Below are positions 44,750-60,900 of a stretch of 64,000 nucleotides of DNA, one piece after another. Positions within the stretch are counted from its first letter, which is position 1. Each line of letters starts with the position of its first letter. Under the pieces are notes generated by a model. The model had not been told where the DNA came from, ran no database searches, and worked only from the letters and a program-made list of their open reading frames with translations. Source of the stretch: Bugula neritina (lineage: Eukaryota > Animalia > Bryozoa); NCBI GenBank assembly GCA_964035545.1, contig CAXIUT010000097.1, forward strand, positions 372,001-436,000. The letters are read 5' to 3'. A program made the position numbers and the translations under genes.

Positions 44750-46925
44750 CTGAAATACACTGCTATATACTGAAATATACTGCAACACACTACAACATAC
44801 TGCAACATGCTAAAATATACTGCAACATACTGAAATACCCTGCAAAATACTGAAATACACTGTAACATACTGAAGTATACTGCAACATACTGAAATACAC
44901 TGCTACATACTGAAACATACTGCAACACACAGCAACATACTGCAACATACTAAAATACACTGTAACATATTGGAATACACTGCAACACATTGAAATATAC
45001 TGCAAAATACTGAAATACACTGCTGCATACTGAAATTTACTGCGACACACTGCAACATACTGCAACATACTAAAATGCGCTGTAACATAGTGAAATAGAC
45101 TGCAACACATTGAAATATACTGCAAAATACTGAAGTACACTGCTATATACTGAAATACACTGCAACACACTACAACATACTGCAACATGCTAAAATATAC
45201 TGCAACATACTGAAATACACTGCAAAATACTGAAATACACTGTAACATACTGAAGTATACTGCAACATACTGAATCACACTGCTACATACTGAAATATAC
45301 TGCAAAATACTGAAATACACTGCTATATACTGAAATACACTGCAACACACTACAACATACTGCAACATGCTAAAAGCTGCAACATACTGAAATACACTGC
45401 TACATACTGAAATATACTGCAACACACAGCAACTTACTGCAACATACTAAAATATACTGCAACATACTGAAATACACTGCAAAATATTCAAATACACTGT
45501 AACATACTGAAATATACTGCGACACATTGCAATATACTGTAACATACTGAAATATCCTGTAGCACACTGAAATACACTGCAACTCACTGAAATATACTGC
45601 AACATACTGAAATACACTGTAACGTATTGAAATATACTGCAACATACTGAAATACAGTGCTACATACTGAAATATACTGCAACATACTGCAACATAGTTA
45701 AATAAACTGCAACATACTGCAAGATATTGAAATGCACTGTAACATATTGAAATACACTGCAACACATTGAAATATACTGCAACATACCTAAATATACGGT
45801 AATATACCAAAATATACTGTAACACATTGAAAAATACTGCAGCATACTGAAATACACTGCAACACACCGAAAAACACTGAAAATACTGTAAAACACTGAA
45901 ATATACTGCAAAATACTGAAATATACTGCAAAATACCGAAATACACTGCTACATACTGAAATATACTGCAACACACCGCAACATACTGCAACATACTAAA
46001 GTATACTGCAACATACTGAAATACACTGCAAAATACTGAAATACACTATAACATACTGAAATATACTGCAACATACTGAAATATACTGCTACATACTGAA
46101 ATATACTGCAAAACACTGCAACATACTGCAACATACTAGAATACACTGTAACATAATGAAATACACTGCAACACATTGAAATATACTGCAAAATACTGAA
46201 ATACACTGCTATATACTGAAATACACTGCAACACACTACAACATACTGCAACATGCTAAAAGCTGCAACATACTGAAATACACTGCTACATACTGAAATA
46301 TACTGCAACACATTGCAACATACTGCAACATACTAAAGTATACTGCAACATACTGAAATACACTGCAGAATACTGAAATACACTGTAAGATACTGAAATA
46401 TACTGCAAAATACTGAAATACATTGCTACATACTGAAATATACTGCAACACACTGCGACATACTGCAACATACTAAAATACACTGTAACATATTGAAATA
46501 CACTGCAACACATTGAAATATACTGCAATGTACCGAAATATATGGTAAACTACTGAAATATACTGTCACACATTGAAAAATACTGCAACATACTGAAATA
46601 TACTGCGACACATTGCAATATACTGTAACATACTGAAATATCCTGTAGCACACTGAAATACACTGCAACATACTGAAATACACTGTAACATATTGAAATA
46701 TACTGCAACATACTGAAATACAGTGCTACATACTGAAATATACTGCAACATACTGCAACATAGTGAAATTCACTGTAACATACTGAAAAACACTGCAACA
46801 TACTACAACATATTGAAATACACTGCAACACATTGAAATATACTGCAACATACCTAAATATACGGTGATATACCAAAATAAACTGTAACACATTTAAAAA
46901 TACTGCAACATACTGAAATACACTG
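44750..46925 (+). repeat. Block duplicated at offset +5214 (copy at ~49965-52140)
   Basis: ORF offsets 44790/50004, 45400/50614 and 46550/51764 equal 5214. Variants AACGTATTG and ATAGTTAAATAAACTG are shared. Confidence 0.85.
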
Positions 46926-49260
46926 CAGAATACTGAAATACACTGTAACATACTGAAATATAGTGCAAAATACTGAAATACACTGCTACATACTGAAATA
47001 TACTGCAACACACTGTGACATACTGCAACATACTAAAATACACTGTAACATATTGAAATACACTGCAACACATTGAAATATACTGCAATGTACCGAAATA
47101 TATGGTAAACTACTGAAATATACTGTCACACATTGAAAAATACTGCAACATACTGAAATATACTGCGACACATTGCAATATACTGTAACATACTGAAATA
47201 TGCTGTAGCACACTGAAATACACTGCAACTCACTGAAATATACTGCAACATACTGAAATACACTGTAACATATTGAAATATACTGCAACATACTGAAATA
47301 CACTGCTACATACTAAATTTTACTGCAACATACTGCAACATAGTGAAATACACTGTAACATACTGAAATACACTGCAACATACTGCAACATATTGAAATA
47401 AACTGCAACACATTGAAATATACTGCATTATACCTAAATATACGGTGATATACCAAAATATACTGTAACACATTTAAAAATACTGCAACATACTGAAATA
47501 CACTGCAAAAAACTGTAACACACTGAAATAAACTGCAACACACTGCAACATACTGCAACATACTAAAATATACTGTAACATATTGAAATAGACTGCAACA
47601 CATTGAAATATACTGCAACATACTGAAATACACTGCTATATACTGAAATATACTGCAACACACTACAACATACTGCAACATGCTAAAATATACTGCAACA
47701 TACTGAAATACCCTGCAAAATACTGAAATACACTGTAACATTCTGAAGTATACTGCAACATACTGAAATACACTGCTACATACTGAAACATACTGCAACA
47801 CACAGCAACATACTGCAACATACTAAAATACACTGTAACATATTGGAATACACTGCAACACATTGAAATATACTGCAAAATACTGAAATACACTGCTGCA
47901 TACTGAAATTTACTGCGACACACTGCAACATACTGCAACATGCTAAAATATACTGCAACATACTGAAATACACTGCAAAATACTGAAATACACTGTAACA
48001 TACTGAAGTATACTGCAACATACTGAATCACACTGCTACATACTGAAATATACTGCAACACACTGCGACATACTGCAACATACTAAATTACACTGTAACA
48101 TATTGAAATACACTGCAACACATTGAAATATACTGCAATGTACCGAAATATATGGTCAACTACTGAAATATACTGTCACACATTGCAATATACTCTAACA
48201 TACTGAAATATGCTGTAGCACACTGAAATACACTGCAACTCACTGAAATATACTGCAACATACTGAAATACACTGTAACATATTGAAATATACTGCAACA
48301 TACTGAAATACAGTGCTACATACTGAAATATACTGCAACATACTGCAACATAGTGAAATACACTGCAAAATACTGAAATACACTATAACATACTGAAATA
48401 TACTGCAACATACTGAAATACACTGCTACATACTGAAATATACTGCAACACACAGCAACATACTGCAACATACTAAAATACACTGTAACATATTGGAATA
48501 CCCTGCAACACATTGAAATATACTGCAACATACCTAAATATACGGTGATATACCAAAATAAACTGTAACACATTTAAAAATACTGCAACATACTGAAATA
48601 CACTGCAACACTCTGAAATACACTGCAAAATACTGTAACACACTGAAATATACTGCAACACACTGCAACATACTGCAACATACTAGAATACACTGTAACA
48701 TATTGAAATATACTGCAATATACTGAAATACACTGCTATATACCGAAATATACTGCAACACACTACAACATACTGCAACATGCTGAAATATACTGCAACA
48801 TACTGAAATACCCTGCAAAATATACTGAAATACACTGTAACATACTGAAGTATACTGCAACATACTGAAATACACTGCTACATACTGAAATTTACTGCGA
48901 CACACTGCAACATACTGCAACATACTAAAATGCACTGTAACATAGTGAAATAGACTGCAACACATTGAAATATACTGCAAAATACTGAAATACACTGCTA
49001 TATACTGAAATTTACTGCAACACACTGCAACATACTGCAACATACTAAAATATACTGCAACATACTGAAATACACTGCAAAATATTCAAATACACTGTAA
49101 CATATTGAAATATACTGCAACATACGGAAATACAGTGCTACATACTGAAATATACTGCAACATACTGCAACATAGTGAAATACACTGCAACATACTGCAA
49201 GATAGTGAAATACACTGTAACATACTGGAGTATACTGCAACATGCTGAAATACACTGCTA
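46900..49260 (+). repeat. Block duplicated at offset +11181/+11301 (copy at ~58080-60560)
   Basis: ORF offsets 46986/58167 and 47313/58494 equal 11181; 48316/59617 and 48998/60299 equal 11301, a difference of exactly one 120-bp unit. Confidence 0.85.
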
Positions 49261-49726
49261 TATACTGAAATACACTGCAACACACTACAACATACTGCAA
49301 CATGCTAAAATATACTGCAACATACTGAAATACCCTGCAAAATACTGAAATACACTGTAACATACTGAAATATACTGCAACATACCGAAATATACTGCTA
49401 CATACTGAAATATACTGCAACACACTGCAACATACTGCAACATACTAGAATACACTGTAACATAATGAAATACACCGCAAAATACTACAACATATTGAAA
49501 TGCACTGTAACATATTGAAATACACTGCAACACATTGAAATGTACTGCAACATACCTAGTTATACGGTAATATACCAAAATATACTGTAACACATTGAAA
49601 AATACTGCAACATACTGAAATACACTGCAACACACCGAAAAACACTGAAAATACTGTAACACACTGAAATATACTGCAAAATACTGAAATATACTGCAAA
49701 ATACTGAAATACACTGCTACATACTG

Positions 49727-52700
49727 AAATATACTGCAACACACCGCAACATACTGCAACATACTAAAGTATACTGCAACATACTGAAATACACTGCAAA
49801 ATACTGAAATACACTATAACATACTGAAATATACTGCAACATACCGAAATATACTGCTACATACTGAAATATACTGCAACACACTGCAACATACTGCAAC
49901 ATACTAGAATACACTGTAACATAATGAAATACACTGCAACACATTAAAATATACTGCAAAATACTGAAATACACTGCTATATACTGAAATACACTGCAAC
50001 ACACTACAACATACTGCAACATGCTAAAATATACTGCAACATACTGAAATACCCTGCAAAATACTGAAATACACTGTAACATACTGAAGTATACTGCAAC
50101 ATACTGAAATACACTGCTACATACTGAAACATACTGCAACACACAGCAACATACTGCAACATACTAAAATACACTGTAACATATTGGAATACACTGCAAC
50201 ACATTGAAATATACTGCAAAATACTGAAATACACTGCTGCATACTGAAATTTACTGCGACACACTGCAACATACTGCAACATACTAAAATGCGCTGTAAC
50301 ATAGTGAAATAGACTGCAACACATTGAAATATACTGCAAAATACTGAAGTACACTGCTATATACTGAAATACACTGCAACACACTACAACATACTGCAAC
50401 ATGCTAAAATATACTGCAACATACTGAAATACACTGCAAAATACTGAAATACACTGTAACATACTGAAGTATACTGCAACATACTGAATCACACTGCTAC
50501 ATACTGAAATATACTGCAAAATACTGAAATACACTGCTATATACTGAAATACACTGCAACACACTACAACATACTGCAACATGCTAAAAGCTGCAACATA
50601 CTGAAATACACTGCTACATACTGAAATATACTGCAACACACAGCAACTTACTGCAACATACTAAAATATACTGCAACATACTGAAATACACTGCAAAATA
50701 TTCAAATACACTGTAACATACTGAAATATACTGCGACACATTGCAATATACTGTAACATACTGAAATATCCTGTAGCACACTGAAATACACTGCAACTCA
50801 CTGAAATATACTGCAACATACTGAAATACACTGTAACGTATTGAAATATACTGCAACATACTGAAATACAGTGCTACATACTGAAATATACTGCAACATA
50901 CTGCAACATAGTTAAATAAACTGCAACATACTGCAAGATATTGAAATGCACTGTAACATATTGAAATACACTGCAACACATTGAAATATACTGCAACATA
51001 CCTAAATATACGGTAATATACCAAAATATACTGTAACACATTGAAAAATACTGCAGCATACTGAAATACACTGCAACACACCGAAAAACACTGAAAATAC
51101 TGTAAAACACTGAAATATACTGCAAAATACTGAAATATACTGCAAAATACCGAAATACACTGCTACATACTGAAATATACTGCAACACACCGCAACATAC
51201 TGCAACATACTAAAGTATACTGCAACATACTGAAATACACTGCAAAATACTGAAATACACTATAACATACTGAAATATACTGCAACATACTGAAATATAC
51301 TGCTACATACTGAAATATACTGCAAAACACTGCAACATACTGCAACATACTAGAATACACTGTAACATAATGAAATACACTGCAACACATTGAAATATAC
51401 TGCAAAATACTGAAATACACTGCTATATACTGAAATACACTGCAACACACTACAACATACTGCAACATGCTAAAAGCTGCAACATACTGAAATACACTGC
51501 TACATACTGAAATATACTGCAACACATTGCAACATACTGCAACATACTAAAGTATACTGCAACATACTGAAATACACTGCAGAATACTGAAATACACTGT
51601 AAGATACTGAAATATACTGCAAAATACTGAAATACATTGCTACATACTGAAATATACTGCAACACACTGCGACATACTGCAACATACTAAAATACACTGT
51701 AACATATTGAAATACACTGCAACACATTGAAATATACTGCAATGTACCGAAATATATGGTAAACTACTGAAATATACTGTCACACATTGAAAAATACTGC
51801 AACATACTGAAATATACTGCGACACATTGCAATATACTGTAACATACTGAAATATCCTGTAGCACACTGAAATACACTGCAACATACTGAAATACACTGT
51901 AACATATTGAAATATACTGCAACATACTGAAATACAGTGCTACATACTGAAATATACTGCAACATACTGCAACATAGTGAAATTCACTGTAACATACTGA
52001 AAAACACTGCAACATACTACAACATATTGAAATACACTGCAACACATTGAAATATACTGCAACATACCTAAATATACGGTGATATACCAAAATAAACTGT
52101 AACACATTTAAAAATACTGCAACATACTGAAATACACTGCAACACTCTGAAATACACACTAAAATACTGTAACACACTGAAATATACTGCAACACACTGC
52201 AACATACTGCAACATACTAGAATACACTGTAACATATTGAAATATACTGCAACATACTGAAATACACTGCTATATACTGAAATATACTGCAACACACTAC
52301 AACATACTGCAACATGCTAAAATATACTGCAACATACTGAAATACCCTGCAAAATACTGGAATACACTGTAACATACTGAAGTATACTGCAACATACTGA
52401 AATACACTGCTACATACTGAAATATACTGCAACACACATAACATACTGCAACATACTAAAATACACTGTAACATATTGGAATACACTGCAACACATTGAA
52501 ATATACTGCAAAATACTGAAATACACTGCTACATACTGAAATTTACTGCGACACACTGCAACATACTGCAACATACTAAAATGCGCTGTAACATAGTGAA
52601 ATAGACTGCAACACATTGAAATATACTGCAAAATACTGAAATACACTGCTATATACTGAAATACCCTGCAACACACTACAACATACTGCAACATGCTAAA

Positions 52701-55700
52701 ATATACTGCAACATACTGAAATACACTGCAAAATACTGAAATACACTGTAACATACTGAAGTATACTGCAACATACTGAAATACACTGCTACATACTGAA
52801 ATATACTGCAAAATACTGAAATACACTGCTATATACTGAAATACACTGCAACACACTACAACATACTGCAACATGCTAAAAGCTGCAACATACTGAAATA
52901 CACTGCTACATACTGAAATATACTGCAACACACAGCAACTTACTGCAACATACTAAAATATACTGCAACATACTGAAATACACTGCAAAATATTCAAATA
53001 CACTGTAACATATTGAAATATACTGCAACATACTGAAATACAGTGCTACATACTGAAATATACTGCAACATACTGCAACATAGTGAAATACACTGCAACA
53101 TACTGCAAGATAGTGAAATACACTGTAACATACTGAAATACACCGCAAAAAACTACAACATATTGAAATGCACTGTAACCTATTGAAATACACTGCAACA
53201 CATTGAAATATACTGCAACATACCTAAATATACGGTAATATACCAAAATATACTGTAACACATTGAAAAATACTGCAACATACTGAAATACACTGCAACA
53301 CACCGAAAAACACTGAAATTACTGTAACACACTGAAATATACTGCAAAATACTGAAATATACTGCAAAATACTGAAATACACTGCTACATACTGAAATAT
53401 TTTGCAACACACTGCAACATACTGCAACATACTAAAGTATACTGCAACATACTGAAATACACTGCAAAATGCTGAAATACACTATAACATACTGAAATAT
53501 ACTTCAACATACTGAAATATACTGCTACATACTGAAATATACTGCAACACACTGCAACATACTGCAACATACTAGAATACACTGTAACATAATGAAATAC
53601 ACTGCAACACATTGAAATATACTGCAAAATACTGAAATACACTGCTATATACTGAAATACACTGCAACACACTACAACATACTGCAACATGCTAGTAGCT
53701 GCATTATACTGAAATACACTGCTACATACTGAAATTTACTGCAAAACACAGCAACATACTGCAACATACTAAAATATACTGCAACACACCGCAACATACT
53801 GCAACATACTAAAGTATACTGCAACATACTGAAATACACTGCAAAATACTGAAATACACTATAACATACTGAAATATACTGCAACATACCGAAATATACT
53901 GCTACATACTGAAATATACTGCAACACACTGCAACATACTGCAACATACTAGAATACACTGTAACATAATGAAATACACTGCAACACATTAAAATATACT
54001 GCAAAATACTGAAATACACTGCTATATACTGAAATACACTGCAACACACTACAACATACTGCAACATGCTAAAATATACTGCAACATACTGAAATACCCT
54101 GCAAAATACTGAAATACACTGTAACATACTGAAGTATACTGCAACATACTGAAATACACTGCTACATACTGAAACATACTGCAACACACAGCAACATACT
54201 GCAACATACTAAAATACACTGTAACATATTGGAATACACTGCAACACATTGGAATATACTGCAAAATACTGAAATACACTGCTGCATACTGAAATTTACT
54301 GCGACACACTGCAACATACTGCAACATACTAAAATGCGCTGTAACATAGTGAAATAGACTGCAACACATTGAAATATACTGCAAAATACTGAAGTACACT
54401 GCTATATACTGAAATACACTGCAACACACTACAACATACTGCAACATGCTAAAATATACTGCAACATACTGAAATACACTGCAAAATACTGAAATACACT
54501 GTAACATACTGAAGTATACTGCAACATACTGAATCACACTGCTACATACTGAAATATACTGCAAAATACTGAAATACACTGCTATATACTGAAATACACT
54601 GCAACACACTACAACATACTGCAACATGCTAAAAGCTGCAACATACTGAAATACACTGCTACATACTGAAATATACTGCAACACACAGCAACTTACTGCA
54701 ACATACTAAAATATACTGCAACATACTGAAATACACTGCAAAATATTCAAATACACTGTAACATACTGAAATATACTGCGACACATTGCAATATACTGTA
54801 ACATACTGAAATATCCTGTAGCACACTGAAATACACTGCAACTCACTGAAATATACTGCAACATACTGAAATACACTGTAACGTATTGAAATATACTGCA
54901 ACATACTGAAATACAGTGCTACATACTGAAATATACTGCAACATACTGCAACATAGTTAAATAAACTGCAACATACTGCAAGATATTGAAATGCACTGTA
55001 ACATATTGAAATACACTGCAACACATTGAAATATACTGCAACATACCTAAATATACGGTAATATACCAAAATATACTGTAACACATTGAAAAATACTGCA
55101 GCATACTGAAATACACTGCAACACACCGAAAAACACTGAAAATACTGTAAAACACTGAAATATACTGCAAAATACTGAAATATACTGCAAAATACCGAAA
55201 TACACTGCTACATACTGAAATATACTGCAACACACCGCAACATACTGCAACATACTAAAGTATACTGCAACATACTGAAATACACTGCAAAATACTGAAA
55301 TACACTATAACATACTGAAATATACTGCAACATACTGAAATATACTGCTACATACTGAAATATACTGCAAAACACTGCAACATACTGCAACATACTAGAA
55401 TACACTGTAACATAATGAAATACACTGCAACACATTGAAATATACTGCAAAATACTGAAATACACTGCTATATACTGAAATACACTGCAACACACTACAA
55501 CATACTGCAACATGCTAAAAGCTGCAACATACTGAAATACACTGCTACATACTGAAATATACTGCAACACATTGCAACATACTGCAACATACTAAAGTAT
55601 ACTGCAACATACTGAAATACACTGCAGAATACTGAAATACACTGTAAGATACTGAAATATACTGCAAAATACTGAAATACATTGCTACATACTGAAATAT

Positions 55701-57831
55701 ACTGCAACACACTGCGACATACTGCAACATACTAAAATACACTGTAACATATTGAAATACACTGCAACACATTGAAATATACTGCAATGTACCGAAATAT
55801 ATGGTAAACTACTGAAATATACTGTCACACATTGAAAAATACTGCAACATACTGAAATATACTGCGACACATTGCAATATACTGTAACATACTGAAATAT
55901 CCTGTAGCACACTGAAATACACTGCAACATACTGAAATACACTGTAACATATTGAAATATACTGCAACATACTGAAATACAGTGCTACATACTGAAATAT
56001 ACTGCAACATACTGCAACATAGTGAAATTCACTGTAACATACTGAAAAACACTGCAACATACTACAACATATTGAAATACACTGCAACACATTGAAATAT
56101 ACTGCAACATACCTAAATATACGGTGATATACCAAAATAAACTGTAACACATTTAAAAATACTGCAACATACTGAAATACACTGCAACACTCTGAAATAC
56201 ACACTAAAATACTGTAACACACTGAAATATACTGCAACACACTGCAACATACTGCAACATACTAGAATACACTGTAACATATTGAAATATACTGCAACAT
56301 ACTGAAATACACTGCTATATACTGAAATATACTGCAACACACTACAACATACTGCAACATGCTAAAATATACTGCAACATACTGAAATACCCTGCAAAAT
56401 ACTGGAATACACTGTAACATACTGAAGTATACTGCAACATACTGAAATACACTGCTACATACTGAAATATACTGCAACACACATAACATACTGCAACATA
56501 CTAAAATACACTGTAACATATTGGAATACACTGCAACACATTGAAATATACTGCAAAATACTGAAATACACTGCTACATACTGAAATTTACTGCGACACA
56601 CTGCAACATACTGCAACATACTAAAATGCGCTGTAACATAGTGAAATAGACTGCAACACATTGAAATATACTGCAAAATACTGAAATACACTGCTATATA
56701 CTGAAATACACTGCAACACACTACAACATACTGCAACATGCTAAAATATACTGCAACATACTGAAATACACTGCAAAATACTGAAATACACTGTAACATA
56801 CTGAAGTATACTGCAACATACTGAAATACACTGCTACATACTGAAATATACTGCAAAATACTGAAATACACTGCTATATACTGAAATACACTGCAACACA
56901 CTACAACATACTGCAACATGCTAAAAGCTGCAACATACTGAAATACACTGCTACATACTGAAATATACTGCAACACACAGCAACTTACTGCAACATACTA
57001 AAATATACTGCAACATACTGAAATACACTGCAAAATATTCAAATACACTGTAACATATTGAAATATACTGCAACATACTGAAATACAGTGCTACATACTG
57101 AAATATACTGCAACATACTGCAACATAGTGAAATACACTGCAACATACTGCAAGATAGTGAAATACACTGTAACATACTGAAATACACCGCAAAAAACTA
57201 CAACATATTGAAATGCACTGTAACCTATTGAAATACACTGCAACACATTGAAATATACTGCAACATACCTAAATATACGGTAATATACCAAAATATACTG
57301 TAACACATTGAAAAATACTGCAACATACTGAAATACACTGCAACACACCGAAAAACACTGAAATTACTGTAACACACTGAAATATACTGCAAAATACTGA
57401 AATATACTGCAAAATACTGAAATACACTGCTACATACTGAAATATTTTGCAACACACTGCAACATACTGCAACATACTAAAGTATACTGCAACATACTGA
57501 AATACACTGCAAAATGCTGAAATACACTATAACATACTGAAATATACTTCAACATACTGAAATATACTGCTACATACTGAAATATACTGCAACACACTGC
57601 AACATACTGCAACATACTAGAATACACTGTAACATAATGAAATACACTGCAACACATTGAAATATACTGCAAAATACTGAAATACACTGCTATATACTGA
57701 AATACACTGCAACACACTACAACATACGGCAACATGCTAGTAGCTGCATTATACTGAAATACACTGCTACATACTGAAATTTACTGCAAAACACAGCAAC
57801 ATACTGCAACATACTAAAATATACTGCAACA
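49727..57831 (+). repeat. Tandem duplication, period 4045 bp (2 copies)
   Basis: ORF offsets 50004/54049, 50614/54659, 51764/55809 and 53385/57430 equal 4045. Copy-specific bases are at about 52665, 54252 and 57728. Confidence 0.92.
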
Positions 57832-57949
57832 TACTAGAATACACTGTAAAATAATGAATTACACTGCAACACATTGAAATATACTGCAAAATACTGAAAT
57901 ACACTGCTATATACTGAAATATACTGCAACACACTACAACATACTGCAG

Positions 57950-60900
57950 CATGCTAAAATCTACTGCAACGAACTGAAATACCCTGCAAAATACTGAAAT
58001 ACACTGTAAGATACTGAAATACACTGCTACATACTGAAATATACTGCAACACACTGCAACATACTGCAACATACTAAAATATACTGCAACATACTGAAAT
58101 ACACTGCAGAATACTGAAATACACTGTAACATACTGAAATATACTGCAAAATACTGAAATACACTGCTACATACTGAAATATACTGCAACACACTGTGAC
58201 ATACTGCAACATACTAAAATACACTGTAACATATTGAAATACACTGCAACACATTGAAATATACTGCAATGTACCGAAATATATGGTAAACTACTGAAAT
58301 ATACTGTCACACATTGAAAAATACTGCAACATACTGAAATATACTGCGACACATTGCAATATACTGTAACATACTGAAATATGCTGTAGCACACTGAAAT
58401 ACACTGCAACTCACTGAAATATACTGCAACATACTGAAATACACTGTAACATATTGAAATATACTGCAACATACTGAAATACACTGCTACATACTAAATT
58501 TTACTGCAACATACTGCAACATAGTGAAATACACTGTAACATACTGAAATACACTGCAACATACTGCAACATATTGAAATAAACTGCAACACATTGAAAT
58601 ATACTGCATTATACCTAAATATACGGTGATATACCAAAATATACTGTAACACATTTAAAAATACTGCAACATACTGAAATACACTGCAAAAAACTGTAAC
58701 ACACTGAAATAAACTGCAACACACTGCAACATACTGCAACATACTAAAATATACTGTAACATATTGAAATAGACTGCAACACATTGAAATATACTGCAAC
58801 ATACTGAAATACACTGCTATATACTGAAATATACTGCAACACACTACAACATACTGCAACATGCTAAAATATACTGCAACATACTGAAATACCCTGCAAA
58901 ATACTGAAATACACTGTAACATACTGAAGTATACTGCAACATACTGAAATACACTGCTACATACTGAAACATACTGCAACACACAGCAACATACTGCAAC
59001 ATACTAAAATACACTGTAACATATTGGAATACACTGCAACACATTGAAATATACTGCAAAATACTGAAATACACTGCTGCATACTGAAATTTACTGCGAC
59101 ACACTGCAACATACTGCAACATACTAAAATGCGCTGTAACATAGTGAAATAGACTGCAACACATTGAAATATACTGCAAAATACTGAAGTACACTGCTAT
59201 ATACTGAAATACACTGCAACACACTACAACATACTGCAACATGCTAAAATATACTGCAACATACTGAAATACACTGCAAAATACTGAAATACACTGTAAC
59301 ATACTGAAGTATACTGCAACATACTGAATCACACTGCTACATACTGAAATATACTGCAACACACTGCGACATACTGCAACATACTAAATTACACTGTAAC
59401 ATATTGAAATACACTGCAACACATTGAAATATACTGCAATGTACCGAAATATATGGTCAACTACTGAAATATACTGTCACACATTGCAATATACTCTAAC
59501 ATACTGAAATATGCTGTAGCACACTGAAATACACTGCAACTCACTGAAATATACTGCAACATACTGAAATACACTGTAACATATTGAAATATACTGCAAC
59601 ATACTGAAATACAGTGCTACATACTGAAATATACTGCAACATACTGCAACATAGTGAAATACACTGCAAAATACTGAAATACACTATAACATACTGAAAT
59701 ATACTGCAACATACTGAAATACACTGCTACATACTGAAATATACTGCAACACACAGCAACATACTGCAACATACTAAAATACACTGTAACATATTGGAAT
59801 ACCCTGCAACACATTGAAATATACTGCAACATACCTAAATATACGGTGATATACCAAAATAAACTGTAACACATTTAAAAATACTGCAACATACTGAAAT
59901 ACACTGCAACACTCTGAAATACACTGCAAAATACTGTAACACACTGAAATATACTGCAACACACTGCAACATACTGCAACATACTAGAATACACTGTAAC
60001 ATATTGAAATATACTGCAATATACTGAAATACACTGCTATATACCGAAATATACTGCAACACACTACAACATACTGCAACATGCTGAAATATACTGCAAC
60101 ATACTGAAATACCCTGCAAAATATACTGAAATACACTGTAACATACTGAAGTATACTGCAACATACTGAAATACACTGCTACATACTGAAATTTACTGCG
60201 ACACACTGCAACATACTGCAACATACTAAAATGCACTGTAACATAGTGAAATAGACTGCAACACATTGAAATATACTGCAAAATACTGAAATACACTGCT
60301 ATATACTGAAATTTACTGCAACACACTGCAGCATACTGCAACATACTAAAATATACTGCAACATACTGAAATACACTGCAAAATATTCAAATACACTGTA
60401 ACAGATTGAAATATACTGCAACATACGGAAATACAGTGCTACATACTGAAATATACTGCAACATACTGCAACATAGTGAAATACACTGCAACATACTGCA
60501 AGATAGTGAAATACACTGTAACATACTGGAGTATACTGCAACATGCTGAAATACACTGCTACATACTGAAATATACTGCAACACACAGCAACATACTGCA
60601 ACATACTAAAATACACTGTGACATGTTGGAATACACTGCAACACATTGAAATATACTGCAAAAGACTGAAATACACTGCTACATACTGAAATATACTGCG
60701 ACACACTGCAACATACTGCAACATGCTAAAATCTACTGCAACGAACTGAAATACCCTGCAAAATACTGAAATACACTGTAAGATACTGAAATACACTGCT
60801 ACATACTGAAATATACTGCAACACACTGCAACATACTGCAACATACTAAAATATACTGCAACATACTGAAATACACTGCAGAATACTGAAATACACTGTA

